A stretch of 63,905 nucleotides of DNA, the filler included, from Lophium mytilinum (lineage: Eukaryota), in the NCBI GenBank assembly GCA_010093605.1. It is 18 parts of 5 records of this genome, joined end to end, with 100 filler letters (N's around TTAATTAATTAA, not from the genome) between each part and the next. Parts side by side here need not be neighbours in the genome. Positions count along the whole stretch, not along the records: positions 22,235 to 26,198 come from MU004182.1; positions 26,299 to 28,410 come from MU004182.1; positions 28,511 to 30,373 come from MU004182.1; positions 30,474 to 33,857 come from MU004182.1; positions 33,958 to 47,908 come from MU004182.1; 13 more parts are not named here. One strand, written 5' to 3'. How positions within the stretch are numbered: position 1 is the first letter of the stretch; every line of letters starts with the position of its first letter. Under the pieces are notes generated by a model. The model saw only the letters and a list, made by a program, of their open reading frames with translations, did not search any database and had not been told where the DNA came from. This document shows, piece by piece, positions 25,201 through 40,602 of the stretch. The position numbers and the translations under genes were made by a program.

Positions 25201-28200
25201 GCTATTTAAGAAGGTACTATACTACTTATTATTACCTAAGCTGCTGCGCGCCTCTCTACCTCTAATAGTAGCTTATTATCTACTAAAGTTGCGCCCTATA
25301 AGCTAGTAGATAGTAGTACTAATTTATATATCTTCTTACTATCTACTCTTTTTATAAGTATTACTAATTTAGCTTATACTATAGAATAGCTTACTTACCT
25401 ACTTTCTCTCTTACTAAATAAGTACCCTTACTTTCTAGCCCCTCTACTAGCGCGCACACTGCCTCTATATAGAGAACGCCTACTTTAACCTATCTAGAAA
25501 GACTAGCGTTACTTATCTATATATTTATTATACTTCTTATCTACTTACTTACCCCTACTAGCGCTAGGCTAACTATAGTCTACATTTAACTAGCCTATAT
25601 ATCTCTCTCTCTTATAGCCCTCTACTACTCTAGGTAGCGCTTTCTAAAGGCTCTACTTAGTAGTTCCCGCTCTCTCTCTATCTCTTATAGCTCGCGCTCT
25701 AATAACTAGGTTAGCGTACTTCTTTTTATAGATTTAGCCTTTCTAGAAGTAGTAGAATTACGCAGTTATATCTTATAGGCTACGCCTCTAGAATATATAT
25801 AGATTAGTAATACTTAAGTTTATCTATTATAGTATACTATAAGGCTAACCCTTAAGTATAGCTTAAAATTAGTAGAGGCAGGTTAGAAGTAGATAAGAAA
25901 GATAATAGAGTAATACTTAGATATTTAGGGGACTAATTAACTACTATATAGTACCTATATTCTACTAGGTAATTTAGCTATTAAATGCGCGTTTAGATAA
26001 AAGCCTCTTAATGCAACTAATATCTTACTAGATATAATAGTGCTTAGTTCTAATCTAATTATTAGCCTAATATTATACTAGCCTTAACTCTAACTCTCTA
26101 GAAGGTAGCTACTACTATAGTAACTTATACCTTCTATAATAATAGCTAATATACTACTAGCGCATATTAGACTAAAGCCCTAAACTCTTTTAATAACCNN
26201 NNNNNNNNNNNNNNNNNNNNNNNNNNNNNNNNNNNNNNNNNNTTAATTAATTAANNNNNNNNNNNNNNNNNNNNNNNNNNNNNNNNNNNNNNNNNNNNAC
26301 TATATAGCTAAAGCGTTAGCTAAAATATAGTAAGTAGTAGAGGGCTACTATAATTAGAAATAATTAATAATAATTAAAAATAATTAGATATTCTACGGGC
26401 GGCCCGGGTAGACTATAGTATAAGAGTTACTACTAGCACTAGTTATAGGCGCCGGCGACTTAAATAGAAGGTAGTATCCCCGCTACTAATTTAGAGGTAT
26501 TAGTAATCTAGAAGTCTTTTATACCTATATACTTAATTTAAAATACTAAGTTATTATTATATTTACTATAGGTTATATATATAAATACTAGATAGTAATA
26601 TATATAGTCTATAAGCTAATATCTTTCTAGGGCTAAATATCTACTAGCCTAATTTCTAGCACTATTAATAAGGGCTTAATAATCCTTTAGCTTTCCTATT
26701 AACCCGGTATAGAATAGGGCCTAGAGTTTTACCGGGGTATTATTATAAAAGTAGCTAAAGAACTTAATCTACTTCTAATAGCGCGGTATAGACTATTAAA
26801 GAAAGGCTTAAGTACTCTTATAATTTATAAGAAGATAGTTCTCTACCCTTACTACTTACTAGTTCTTATAAGTTATCTACTCTCTATCTACCTTATTCTT
26901 ATTAAGCGCAGTTATTACTAATATATATGCCGCTAATTCTACCGCGTATAAGAGGCTTAAGCGGCCAAATTAGTAATATTATAAAACTCCCTACCTAACT
27001 AGCGCCTTCTAGCTATTATCTAATTTTGCGCTAGCTAAGAGAGATGTAGAGTTTAACCTAGGCTACTTAATGCGCATCTAATATTACTATCTTATAGCTA
27101 TTCTATAACTAGTACTTACTCTAGCAGCCGTCTTCTTAATAACGCCGGCACTCTTAGTAGATACCTATTAACTCTATTTTACTAGACTAGTAATATATTA
27201 CCGCCTAGCACTTATCTTATAGAAGAGAGTAATGCGCTTAAACTTAGTATCTTCTTCTATATTGCCTAGATAGCACTTGCCTAGAATTAAGAGTTCTTTA
27301 CTATAGCTAGTAACTGCGGTAGAAAGTTAGATACTAGAAATTAGTAAGAGGTAATACTTACTTTTAATACACGCTGTGCTATTAAAACTAGAGAAACTAG
27401 ATATAACTACTAGTATGCGCTTAAAACTACGCCTACTATAAAGGTTTATACTAGCTATAAAGAATATAGAAATAATAGAAATAATTATATATAGGCTTTA
27501 GAGTTATAGTTTAAAAAAGTAAGCTATAGTCTTTAACGCGTAGATATATTAAGGTTCTAGGCTAATAGAATAGCCCGCCCTTTATTAGAACGCGTTGCGT
27601 ACTATTAAAGAATAATAAGTGCTATATACTAGCCTATAATCTAATATAATCTATAATAATTACTTATAATCTATAAGTTTCTATATAGGGCTAACTAAAT
27701 TTAACTAGAAATAGAGTATATATCTTCTACTAAATATAGATACTACTATAAGTTATTTTAAATACTTAGCGCCCTAAATAAATATATACCGTGCTATAAA
27801 AAGCTTCTTAAAATACTATAGCGGGTCCCGCTTACTAATACTAGAACTATTAAATCTGTAATCTAGTCTTATATACTTTATATTATTTAGATAATAGACG
27901 GGATCTTATTTAGAACGCCTAGATTACTACTAGTAAGTCTACCCCTACTAGCTAACCTCTATAATAAGATAGAGTATAAGATAAATAAAATAGAGCTATA
28001 TATCTCTAGTAAACTAAAAGAGTACTAGAGTCCGCTTTCTATAAATAGAGGCCCTATAAGCTTAATATATAATAACCCGCTAGAGGCTACTAAATTCTAT
28101 ATTTTATACTAATAAGGCTAACTAATAATATTATCTATATTATTACTATAAGAGAAAGTATATTTCTCTACTAAATTAGGCATGCCCGCAGGGGCGTCTA

Positions 28201-30373
28201 TTAGACAGGCTAATGCTAGATAGTAGATATAAGTATTATTAGAGACCGCTATCCCCCCCGCCTATAAAGGTAGTATTAAAGCTTACTAACTAGTTACTCT
28301 ATTATAGGGACTAATCCCCCTTCTATCTATTCTAATTAGTATTTAACTATGCTTTTATATTATAGCTTTAGTAGATTAGCTGCACTAAGAATAATATTAA
28401 CCTGCTATTTNNNNNNNNNNNNNNNNNNNNNNNNNNNNNNNNNNNNNNNNNNNNTTAATTAATTAANNNNNNNNNNNNNNNNNNNNNNNNNNNNNNNNNN
28501 NNNNNNNNNNCTATAAGATATAATACTAAGATAAATTATCTAGAAAAGTTAGCAAGTATTAGCCTACTTAAAGAGGTAAGTAAGCACCCCCTCTTCTATA
28601 GATACCTACTAATATAATATCCCTTTTCTAGCTATTTAGATAATACTATTAAGACTCTATTATCTATAATACTTATACACACGCATTACTAGGTAAGATA
28701 CTAACCTTTACCCTTCTAAAATTCTTCTATATATACGGTTGCGTCTACTATATAGACCTAAATACTAATAAATACTTTAGCCTATAACTATTATCTCCTG
28801 CTATAATATATATAGATTGCGGATCCGCTAGCCTTATAGATAAGTATACTAGTCTAGACCCGCTCTAACTAAATATAGTTAACTAGTTAATAATACTTTA
28901 AAACCTTTTAAGTAATATCTATATATAATATATTATTAATAATAAATAATAGTTAGACTATAACCTACTAAAGCCTTTTAATCTAGAGGACTTTTAGTAC
29001 TTAGTTAATCTATATATAATAGAACTTACTAACTATAGAACTAATTTAGAGATAAGTAAAGCGTTTAAGTTAGAATTTAAGCCTAATGCGGATAATATAG
29101 AAAAGAAGAACACGGAGATAGAGGTAGGCAAGGTAGGTAATACTAAAGTGGAGATAGAGGCAGATAATATAGAGATAGAGGATAGTAGGTAGAAGGCTTC
29201 TCTTAAGCGTGCTTAAGTTATATAGTAGGCGGTATATATAGTTAGTCTAGACCCCTAAATATAGTAGTTTATTCTATAATAGTGTTTATATTTAAGTATA
29301 AGGTATAATAGAGTTTTAAAAATATTAATATATAAGTTAATTACTAGTAATTTAATTTTTCTTACTATTTATATACTTAACTCTTTTCTTTTATAGATTA
29401 TTAATTATAATTAGAGATTATATATATCTCCCTTTTATAAGTAGAGTTAGCCCGCTACTTATATTATTTTACCCGTTTTAATTCTATTACACCCCTTTTT
29501 ATTAAGCAGGGCTACTACTTATTTAAACACCGCGCAGGTATATATAAGTTAGTTATACTAGTTAAGATTTACGCCCTATAAACTATTTAAAGTAATACCT
29601 AGAGTAGCTAATATTAGGGGCTACATCTCTAATAATATTAAGAGGTATTCTATTAGTAGACCTACTACCCCGTTTAATAGACCTAAATTCTTTCTCTAAT
29701 TCTAAAGTAGTATATATTATTCTTTACCTTTAGGCTTTAATACTAGAAGACTGCCCTTTATAGAGTTTAGTATTGCCTGCAGCTTCTACTTTATTACCTC
29801 TAATACTTAATATAATTAATTATAATTAGAGATTATTGCCCTCTTATAATAGTATAAAGTCTATCTTAACTATCTAACTTCTTAGGCTATATAGTATTAT
29901 CTATTACCTAAGCTAAGGCTATAAACCCGCTTTACCTAGTAGGCACGCGTTATATTATAGCTAGCAAAAACCTTTACCTTCTCTACTAATAACTAAGCAG
30001 GCTAGTAAGTAAAATCTAACTCTAACCTTACTCTTATATATAAGCCTTACTATACTCTTTCTTACTATATTACTAATAGCTTAATAGCCTAAGTTACTAT
30101 AACCCTGCTACTATAATAGAGTAGATAGTAGTCTACTAGAATAGACTAGTAGACCTTACTATTACTATCTATATTAATAGCTATATAAACTACTTTAAAG
30201 CGCTATATACTATATATAGTAGAGATAACCTAAAGAAAGCTACTATATTTTTCTAGCGCTCTTAGAAAGATATTACTAACTTTAAGGTTAAATATAATAT
30301 ACTTATCTAGTCTATATATAAGTATTTACTATACCTAGTTCTAAGTTAAGAATTAGGTAATATAAAGGGCGGC
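22235..30373 (-). mobile_element. Large Plavaka/SNF2 element, copy 2 (inverted, partial)
   Basis: 22235-26198 is the reverse complement of ~41660-45590. 26299-28410 is the reverse complement of 37078-39190 and includes the Plavaka N-terminus. 29000-30373 is the reverse complement of 2508-3738. Confidence 0.9.
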
Positions 30374-33300
30374 NNNNNNNNNNNNNNNNNNNNNNNNNNN
30401 NNNNNNNNNNNNNNNNNTTAATTAATTAANNNNNNNNNNNNNNNNNNNNNNNNNNNNNNNNNNNNNNNNNNNNCTTAGTAGTACTAGAGCTAATATATAT
30501 ATGCCCTATATATAATACCGCCTACATCCTACTATAAAATAATTCTATTCGCCGCTCTTCCCTCTCTATAGTAGTGTAAGGCGGGGGTAGAAGTAAGTAG
30601 AAATAGTAAGTACTTAGGCTAGAACGTCTAATCTTTATTCTATAAATAGTTAGTATAGTAAAGTTAGAGCTATAGTAGTTAAAAAGTAGATTTAATAGAT
30701 ATATAGAGGATAGGTAGAAAAGATATAATTTATCTATTCTATAATTTAGTGCTAGGTCTAGCTTATAAATTATAATTGGGATACTTAATATATTCTTAGG
30801 TAGACTCTTACTATATTACTACTAAGACCTATTATTTAAAAGTTAGGCCGCGGTGTATAACTATCTATAAATAATAAAAAGTATATAACTATTCTACTAC
30901 TAATATAAGCTCTAGTAGTAGTCTCTTACATCTATATTATAGGATAGCCTCTAGTATTATAGCTATAACGCTACTGCCTCTATAGCTTCTTCTTTCTATT
31001 TACTTCTTCTATATCTCTTATTTCCCTCTATATTAGCACGCTTTACTCCTTCTATTTATATTTTAGGTTGCCGCTCCTCTATTTATAGTCTCTTCTATTA
31101 CACTTTTAACCTTAGAAGTTAGAATACTATTATTTTATAACCTAGCCTATAGTATACTTATATGCTAGAAGGTAATAAAAATATATACTCTCTATCTAGC
31201 GGGGCAGTTATAGAACCTAAAATATACTTAAAGGAATAGGCTAGAGTCTCTTTTAAAATATAAAAATATAGGGGGCACGCTATAATAATTATAGATAATC
31301 TTATATAATCCTAGATAATCTTACGCAGTACTATAAGAAGAGTTAGAGATATTAGAGTAGGGGTAGCTTTATTTTCCCTCTCTCTACCGCGTTATTATAT
31401 AGTAGATAGTTATCTATTACTAGCGTATATAAGGGCTAGGTTATCCCTATAATACTAGATTAAAGCATATCTAGTGCTAGTAATAGAGTATATATTCTAT
31501 CCGCCTACTTATTTTCTAAGAAAAGTAGGGCTAGAGAAGTAGTAGTTAGGGTAGAGTTAAAAGCTAGTAGAGAATATAGATATATAGTTATATATAGTAG
31601 TTAGAAAGATTAAGAGCTATATATATAAAAGATTATACTAGAACTAAAGCGCTATTATATAGAGTAGAGCGGAAGGAATAGAGAAACTTAGTAGAAAAAA
31701 AATTCTATAGAGTAGAGCAGGAGGAATAGAAAAACCTAGTAGATAAAAAAGCTTATAGAGTAGAGTAGAAGGGATAGAGAAGCTTAGTAAGTAATATAAG
31801 CTAGTAATACTAGAGTATATTATCTTTACCTAATATAGCTCTATAGAACTATACTAGTCTAACTACTAATTTAAATATTAGTGCGCTATTAGCTTTCTAT
31901 TATAGTAGATACTATTAGTAAGCTATACCTGCGTACTACCTTTTATTCTCTATATTCTAGCTTTTTAGATAAGTTTCTACTAGCTTTAGCCCCTACTATA
32001 ATTTATTAGTATATATAATTTTAATACCCGCTATATTCTAAATAGTTAGCCTTAAGTTAATCTCTACTATAACTCTTCTACCTTTTTAACTCTTACCACC
32101 TTCTACTACTCTATAGCGTAGAGAAAGAGATATAGGGTAGGCTTTTATACCTATAGAATAGAGAAGAATAGTCCTATTATATATGCGGGCAGGCGCTAGA
32201 AATTTAAGGCTTAGGCGTATGTATTTTAACTAATAGTTACTATATACTTTTCCCTTAAGTACACTATTAGAATCTTGCATAAGTGCGTCTTTATAGTAGT
32301 ACGCTATTATTGCTAATAGTTATTCTTAATTAGCCTTAGGTTTAATTCCTTATATTATAGCTTAACGCGCTAGGTATTATAACTATAGAATATCTCTAAA
32401 CAGGTATTATAAAACTAGTAGTGTTTTTAAGCGCGTGTAGTTTAGGGGGTTTATATTAGAAGTAGGTAGATAAATAGTTTCTAAGTTAGAGCTTAAAGTA
32501 GAGGTAGGCTTTAAGATATAAGGTATATATATATGCTACGCATCTATTAAAAGTTAACTTAGTAGCGGCGTAAAAGTATAGAAGATATATAGAAAGTATA
32601 TATAGATAGACTTATATAGTTCTATTTAAGGCTACTTTCTACCTATACATGCGCTAGAAAATTAGTAATTTCTTAAGAAGGTACTTACTATACTAAGCGT
32701 ATACGCCTTCTATATCTACTTTTAGGCGTCTCTTAGATAATATTAGAGGAGTAGAAGATAGTAGGGTTAGTATTCTTTTCTTTATCCCTTACTATATAAG
32801 TACGTATAATTTCTAAGGCCTTTTTAATACTAGTTTAAGCTATAATTAGGCCTATTTTAGCCTTATATAAGGCTGCCTCCACCGCCTTTAAGCTATCTAG
32901 GTCTCCTATAGATAATACCTTCTCTATAGTATTTTCTTTATTCTAGTTAACTTTCTCTATCTAGTTCTTTCTATTATTAAAGTAGTATATATCTAATTTA
33001 TTTTTATCTTCTATAAGGTCTATAGGCTCTAGTTTATTAGGTAGCGCTTTATATTTATTCTTTAAGGTTATACCTTAAGTTTCTTATTCTAATACTACTA
33101 TTCCTAAGTTCTTCTCTTTAGCCTTAGCTATTGCTAAGGTCTCTAGTAATAATAGCGCCTTTTATATACTTCTAGTCTTCTAGTATATTAAGGTCTATAG
33201 CTTATCTATAAAGATATAGGTCTCTAGTAATAATAGCGCCGCTTGTATACTTCTAGTCTTCTAGAATATTAAGATCTACGGCTTAACTATAAGAATATAC

Positions 33301-34239
33301 TTAGTATAAATTTAAACTTCTAGTTAGAGATTATAGTTATTTTTCTCCCCTTTCTCCCTAGATATAGCTGCATAGTAGCTAATAGCCTTGCCTAAGGTAG
33401 CGCAATTTAAGTAGAATAATATTAGGTTTATAAGGCTAACTTTAAATATAGAACTATCTTTAGGGTTAATAAAGTAGGTATATATTAGTAAGAGAATTAA
33501 ATGCGGGTTAGTAAATATATAATCTTCTTGCGTATAGTAGCGGCGTATATTTTAGGTTTTAGTAGTAGTAGAAGGTCTTTCTAATATCTATATTAATAAG
33601 TATAGATTAGAATATACTTAGTAGAGTAGGTATTAAAGTATAGCTTATATATATAATTAGTGCTACGCTACTAGTAATATTAAGTATATTTATAGATATA
33701 TTAACTTAGAGTCTATAGCCCTTATATAGCTATACTACTATACCTTCTTTACCTCTAGAGTATTTAAAGCTATTTTTATCTAGAACCGCAGGTACTATAA
33801 GCTTCTTATACTAGTAAATAGTTAGTAGACGCAGGTAGAAAAGTAGTAGATAGACTTNNNNNNNNNNNNNNNNNNNNNNNNNNNNNNNNNNNNNNNNNNN
33901 NTTAATTAATTAANNNNNNNNNNNNNNNNNNNNNNNNNNNNNNNNNNNNNNNNNNNNGTTAATTACTATAAAGTATTAAGAAAAGAAAGTAATTAGGGGG
34001 TAGTAAGTTTAAGTAGCCGGTAAATTTAATTAGGCGGCCGTTATTAGTAAAGGGAAATAGGTAAAGGTAGTAATATACAATTTTAAAAAGTAAAGTAAGG
34101 TAGCGCTAGTAGAGTATACTAGCATTATCTAGTTTTATAGAAATTATATAGGAAAGTATATAGTTATTATCTTACATTAATTAGCCTTAGAGGTTAATAA
34201 AGCTAAATAATACTTAATTATCTCTTAATAGTAGGGAAA

Positions 34240-37200
34240 AATTAAGAATATCTTTTCTTACGGCCTTATTTCTACCTATACTATTACTTACTAGTGCTAT
34301 AGCCCCTCTTTACTATGCTACTTCTTAGTGTTTACCGGCTTAGTTGCGGGAAAGAGGTATTAGTAAGTGCTTTTACCCTTATGCACTTTACTAAAAACTC
34401 CGCTGCATCTTTAACTTTTAAGGTAGCTTTAATCTCTTTAGCGCAACTGCTAAGCTAGTACTATCTTATTACTTCTTATGCCTCTATCTTCTAGTCTTCT
34501 ATATAGAGTATATTATATTAATCCTAGTTAATATAGTTATTAATAAAAAAATAGGTAGAATCTAGGCTAGAGGTAGCTAGTATAATATATGCACTTTAGA
34601 GAACTTATAGTAATAGATAGAATTAATATACTTCTAGCTTTTATTAGCGGCAGCTATTATTAGAAGCCTAAGGAGCTACCTCTACTAGACTATAGATGTA
34701 ATATAGCTTTCTATTATTAATTAGTGCTAGAAGGTAAATAAAAACTCTAGAGTATACCGCCTATAGAGTGTTTTTACCCTTTAGAATAGGGTCTATAATA
34801 GTTACTATAAATTATAGCTATTCTACTAACCTTCTATTAGTAATACTAATACGCATTTTTCTATTTTTAGTATAGTTTAAGCTATACTCTTGCACCTATA
34901 GATAGTTGCGTTACTATTCTTAGTTTTACTACTTAGGGTTATACTATAGATTTTCTTTTATAAGGCTTTCTAGGTTCTTACTAGTACCTAATTACTTCTA
35001 ATATAAAATACTAGCGTGGAACTTAAGCTAGAGGTAGCTAATCTAGAATAGATTAGGGTCTAATATATCTAGGCTGCTAGGCTTAGTATATTAGTCTTAG
35101 ATCTTGCGCCTCTCTTCTTAAATAAATATAGCGGCGGCGGCTATAAAGTCTAGCTTCCAGCTTATATTAGCTATATACTTAATACTTACTTTTAAATAGT
35201 GCACTATTTAGCCTTTATAGAAATTATTATATCTAGGCTATTTAAAGTTTAAAATATTAATACTTTTTAATACTATTATCTATCGCATTAGCATATCTCT
35301 TATTACTGCTAGTTAAGAATAGTAATATTAGTAGTTTAGTATATTATTTATGGCCTAGTTATTTATAAGTCTCTAGTTTAATTAGTAGATCTAGGGTAGA
35401 AAGTCCTTATAGTTTATTAACTAATACTATAATTTAACTAGGTATTAGTATTTTACTTTACTATTTAAGCCGGTATTATAGCTATTAATGGCGCTAAATT
35501 TCTATATAAAATTAACGTAGTGCTGCATAATATAGAATTTTAGGTAGTAGAAGGTATAGTTTCTATTCTTATCCCTAGGTTTAAATATTCTAAATTCTAA
35601 CTTATATATATTAATTTAAGCTATTACTAGCTCTATATACTCTAGCGTAGCCTTATTATGCGTCTTATACTATACTAGAATAGTAAAATTAAGTATTATA
35701 TAGATAAACTAGAGCGTATTTAGCGCCTTTACTTCTAGTAGTAGTACTACTACTACTATAAGCTAGCGGGCTATAGACTTTTATTTAGAGCTAGTATACT
35801 ATAAGAGTTTACTAAAATTCTTCTTATTAAATGTAGATAGACCCGGAAAAGGCGGCACGTTCTTAAATTGCTTATCTAGCTAGGTTAAGCTACTCTTATT
35901 TTCTATTAGAATACGGGCATCTTTTCTTCTAATTACTAGGGTGCAGACCTCTACTACTAGTAGCTAGACCTATTTAATAAGGTTATAAATAACGCCTATA
36001 AATAGTTAGTATAGAATATCTATTATTATTATCTAGTAGATATTAGTATAGGGGTATTTCTAGGTAAAGTTATTTATAGAATATATATATAACTCTATAT
36101 TAAGCTCTATAGCCTCTATATTATATAGCGCTTTATTTAATAGAAGTTTTAAATGCTCTTTATTATTGCGTTGCTATTTAATCTAAATAATAGTTAAGTA
36201 GTAAAACCTTATAGCGTATTTAGTCTCTAGGTCTTTATATTAATGCGATAGTACCTGGCATATAGTGTAGTATTTTCTAAATTTAATATCTATAAGTAGG
36301 CTCTATTCTTTATAATTAGCTATAATCCCGCATAATACTAGATAGCACCTTTAATTCTTACTATTTCTATATTCTAGTATAATTCCATTAGTAGTATATT
36401 CTATAATAGCTTATTTTATATTAGAAAACCGCTTAGTATTAGTAAGAATTTTACTAACGCCTAAGAATATAGCCTAAAGAGCTATAGTATAGCTANNNNN
36501 NNNNNAGAATATAGCCTAAAGAGCTATAGTATAGCTAATACTTTAGGTAGTCTTCTTTATCTACTATACTTAGTATAAAGCCTAGTAGTAGGGTGCTAGG
36601 TAATATATTTAAGCACCGCGTAGTTCTATCTAGGTTGCTAATAGTTAGATAGACTAGCTATACGCTCTTATTACTGTAATATTAGGTAAGCTATATCTTA
36701 TCTATAGAGAGTAAGATAGATATTACTATAGCCTCTACTAGAAGCTTTAACTAAGTCTACTACTACTAGTTTAATATATATAACTTAGTATATACCTACT
36801 AGCCTTCTATATTATAGACTTAAACTAGTATAAATATAAGGTAATTATAGAAAGGGCAGTATTTAATTAGAAATAATATAGCTGCTATTATATTAAAGTA
36901 GTATACTAGATACTACTCTCTACTTAAGCTTTATTTTTTACTTAGGAAATATAGTATCTCTACTATATAGTTAGTATTGCTAATACTATATCTAATTTTC
37001 TCTAGTTTACTATTCTATAAATCGCCTAATATAAATGTAAGGGAGTTAGAGAATATACTCTTAAGGTAGATATTATTAAATAGTAGATTAATATTATTCT
37101 TAGTATAGCTAATCTACTAAAGCTATAATATAAAAGCATAGTTAAACGCTAATTAGAATAGATAGAAGGGGGATTAGTCTCTATAATAGAGTAACTAGTT

Positions 37201-37700
37201 AGTAAGCTCTAATACCGCCTTTATAGGTAGAGGGGACGGCGGTTTCTAATAATACTTATATCTACTATCTAGTATTAGCCTATCTAATAGACGCCTCTAC
37301 GGGCATGCCTAATTTAGTAGAGGGATATACTTCCTCTTATAGTAATAACGTAGATAATATTATTAGTTAGCCTTATTAGTATAGAATATAGAATTTAGCA
37401 GCCTCTAGCGGGTTATTATATATTAAGCTTATAGGGCCTCTATTTATAGAAGGTAGACTCTAGTACTCTTCTAGTTTACTAGAGATATATAGCTCTATTT
37501 TATTTATCTTATACTTTATCTTATTATAGGGATTAGCTAGTAGAGGTAGACTTACTAGTAGTAATCTAGGCGTTTTAAATAATATCCCGTCTATTATCTA
37601 AATAACGCGGAGCATATAAAACTAGATTATAGATCTAGTAGTTCTAGTATTAGTAAGTAGAACCCGCTATAGCGTTTTAAGGAGCTTTTTATAGCACGGT
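34240..37700 (-). pseudogene. Plavaka-type transposase relic
   Basis: De-RIPed minus-strand motifs in order: PFYPF..FDYA (~37150), RVYTELHTSNWWW.TQ.KLP.GATVVPILLS.DKTQLT...GDKSAWPVYLTIGNL (36800-36630), RRCYPVLCGIMADYEEQ.LL.GIK....C..C.VP (36350-36250), LDKQFKNVPPFPGL.TF (35880-35830, readable without de-RIP), QYTG.EQK, LDFTILAQYKTHD..TL, PKFH..QHYVDFIRKFGAIDGYDT (~35540-35470), INNYIDWDQYNTLY (~34545-34505). Confidence 0.9.
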
Positions 37701-39199
37701 ATATATTTATTTAGAGCGCTAAGTATTTAGAATAACTTATAGTAGTATTTATATTTAGTAGAAGGTATATACTCTATTTCTAGTTAAATTTAGTTAGCCC
37801 TATATAGAAACTTATAAATTATAAGTAATTATTATAGATTATATTAGATTATAGGCTAGTATATAGTACTTATTATTCTTTAATAGCACGCGATATATTC
37901 TAATAGAGGGCGGGCTATTTTATTAGCCTAGAACCTTAATATATCTACGCGTTAAAGACTATAGCTTACTTTCTTAAACTGTAACCCTAAAGCCTATATA
38001 TAATTATTTCTATTATTTCTATATTCTTTATAGCTAGTATAAACCTTTATAGTAGGCGTAGTTTTAAGCGCGTACTAGTAGTTATATCTAGTTTCTCTAG
38101 TTTTAATAGCATAGCGTATATTAAAAGTAAGTATTACCTCTTACTAATTTCTAGTATCTAACTTCCTGCCGCAGTTACTAGCTATAGTAAAGAACTTTTA
38201 ACTCTAGGCAAGTACTATCTAGGTAATATAGAAGAAGATACTAAGTTTAAGCGCGTTACTTTCTTCTATAAGGCGAGCGCTGGGCGGTAATATATTACTA
38301 GTCTAGTAGAATAGAGTTAACAGGCATCTACTAAGGGTGCCGGCGTTATTAAGAAGATGGCCGCTAGGGTAAGTGCTAGTTATAGGACAGCTATAAGATA
38401 GTAATATTAGATGCGCATTAAGTAGCCTAGGTTAAACTCCGCGTCTCTCTTAGCTAGCGCAAAATTAGATAATAGCTAGAAGGCGCTAGTTAGGTAGGGA
38501 GTTTTATAATATTACTAATTTAGCTACTTAAGCCTCTTATACGCGGTAGAATTAGTAGTATATATATTAGTAATAACTACACTTAATAAGAATAAGGTAG
38601 ATAGAGAGTAGATAACTTATAAGAACTAGTAAGTAGTAAGGGTAGAGGACTATCTTCTTACAGATTATAAAAGTACTTAAGCCTTTCTTTAATAGTCTAT
38701 ACCGCGCTATTAGAAGTAGATTAAGTCCTTTAGCTACTTTTATAATAATACTCTAGTAAAACTCTAGGCCCTATTCTATACTGGGTTAACAGGGAAGCTA
38801 AAGAATTATTAAGCCCTTATTAATAGTACTAGAAATTAGGCTAGTAGATATTTAGCCCTAGAAAGATATTAGCTTATAGGCTATATATATTACTATTTAG
38901 TATTTATATATATAACCTATAGTAAATATAATAATAACTTAGTATTTTAAATTAAGTATATAGGTATAGAAGACTTCTAGATTACTAATACCTCTAAATT
39001 AGTAGCGGGGATACTGCCTTCTATCTAAGTTACCGGCGCCTATAACTAGTACTAGTAGTAACTCTTATACTATAGTCTACCCGGGCCGCCTATAGGATAT
39101 CTAATTATTTTTAATTATTATTAATTATTTCTAATTATAGTAGCTCTCTACTACTTACTATATTTTAGCTAACGCTTTAGCTATATAGTTCTATATTCT

Positions 39200-40602
39200 C
39201 TAGCTAAGCTTATCTTTATATAGATTCTATAGTCCGTAATTATCTTACGCGTTTAAGTTATTACTACTATTACTATCTCTATTAAGGAGCCTAGCGTAGT
39301 CCTTAAGGTCTAGAATAGCCTTATAGATATAATCTAAGATAGTTAGCTACTAGTATATTAATTTATTATCGCCTAAGTATAGTATATAGGTACTATCTTA
39401 GTTAGTATTATTATCTTTGCTAGTATTGCACTTAGAGTAGAAGTTATTACTTCCGTTATAGCTAAAGGCGGAGTAGTAATAGCTAACTACTAGATAGCTA
39501 CTTACTTTATAATAGTTAATAGTGCTATTAGTAATTAGTTCTTAAATAAATATAGTAAAACCTCTAGCTATATAGTAGTTAGTATAGAAGGTTAGACTAT
39601 TAATATAGTAGACTTTAGTAGCGTTCTATTTATCCCCCTCCGCACTATTACTAGCCTTAGCCTAGCCAGCCTTAAACTTATCTAGTACCTTAGCGTAGTA
39701 TTTAAGAATATTCTTAATATTATATTTACTATGCCCTTCTAGTCTACTAGTTATCTTAAAGTTATAAACTTACTTAACCATAACCTATACTAACTTAAAT
39801 AGGGATAGAAACTAGTTAGAGCGGCCTTAGTAGGAAATATTAATAGTATATAGTCTCTCTAGCGGTATATAATTCTCTATTATTAGAACCTAGTACTAAT
39901 CTAGATATATATAAAGGGGCTTAGTTGCGTCTATAAAGCCCTCTACTATATTATTTATTATATTTACTATATTTAGCGTTATAGGTAATACTATAAGTAT
40001 TTTAGTAGCTATATTATATAATACCTTATAAAACTTCTTATAAGTCTAGGCGTTAACCTATTTCTATAATAAGTTAACTAGTATAGTACGCCGGGTAATA
40101 TTTTTATATACTATCTAAGTAGTATACTAGCGCTTATTATCTAGACTTTACTCCTCTATATTAGAAGTAGTAACCTTAAAATAGAGAATATAATCTAGGT
40201 CTATATACTTACTTAGAGTATTAATAGAAGAGTAGGTATAGTAGTTACGCCGGGGCACTAGTAGGTTCTCTATAATTCTAATAAATAGTAGGTTAGTTTA
40301 GGTAAAAAGTTTAGCCTTTTATAACTCTAGGAGCGGGGGTATAGTTTATAGTAGGTTTAGGGGCTACTTAAGGCTATAAAATTCTCTAGCTTATACTTCT
40401 ATAGATACTAACTTCTCTAGAGTATCTAGTATAGACATAACTAGGTGCATCTAGGTAAAACTATCTATTATTATAGCCTTAAACTTCTTATTAGTATAGA
40501 TAGTATTAAGTAGAGAGTCTACTTAGCTATAGAATATAATCTAGTATAGCTTATTAGTATATAGTAATCTAAATACTAGAACTATAAATATAAGCTATAT
40601 TT
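39200..40602 (-). pseudogene. Unidentified ORF relic within the large element
   Basis: Long plausible minus-strand reading frame, but no recognisable motif. Frame openness is weak evidence in RIPed DNA. Confidence 0.3.

Noticed and set aside
26388..27620. Cys-rich zinc-cluster-like ORF upstream of Plavaka
   Set aside because: The Cys calls depend on TAT>TGT reversal, and several frames are equally plausible.
36464..36537. ~32-bp direct repeat within the Plavaka gene
   Set aside because: Identical sequence on both sides of a 10-N gap indicates an unmerged contig overlap.
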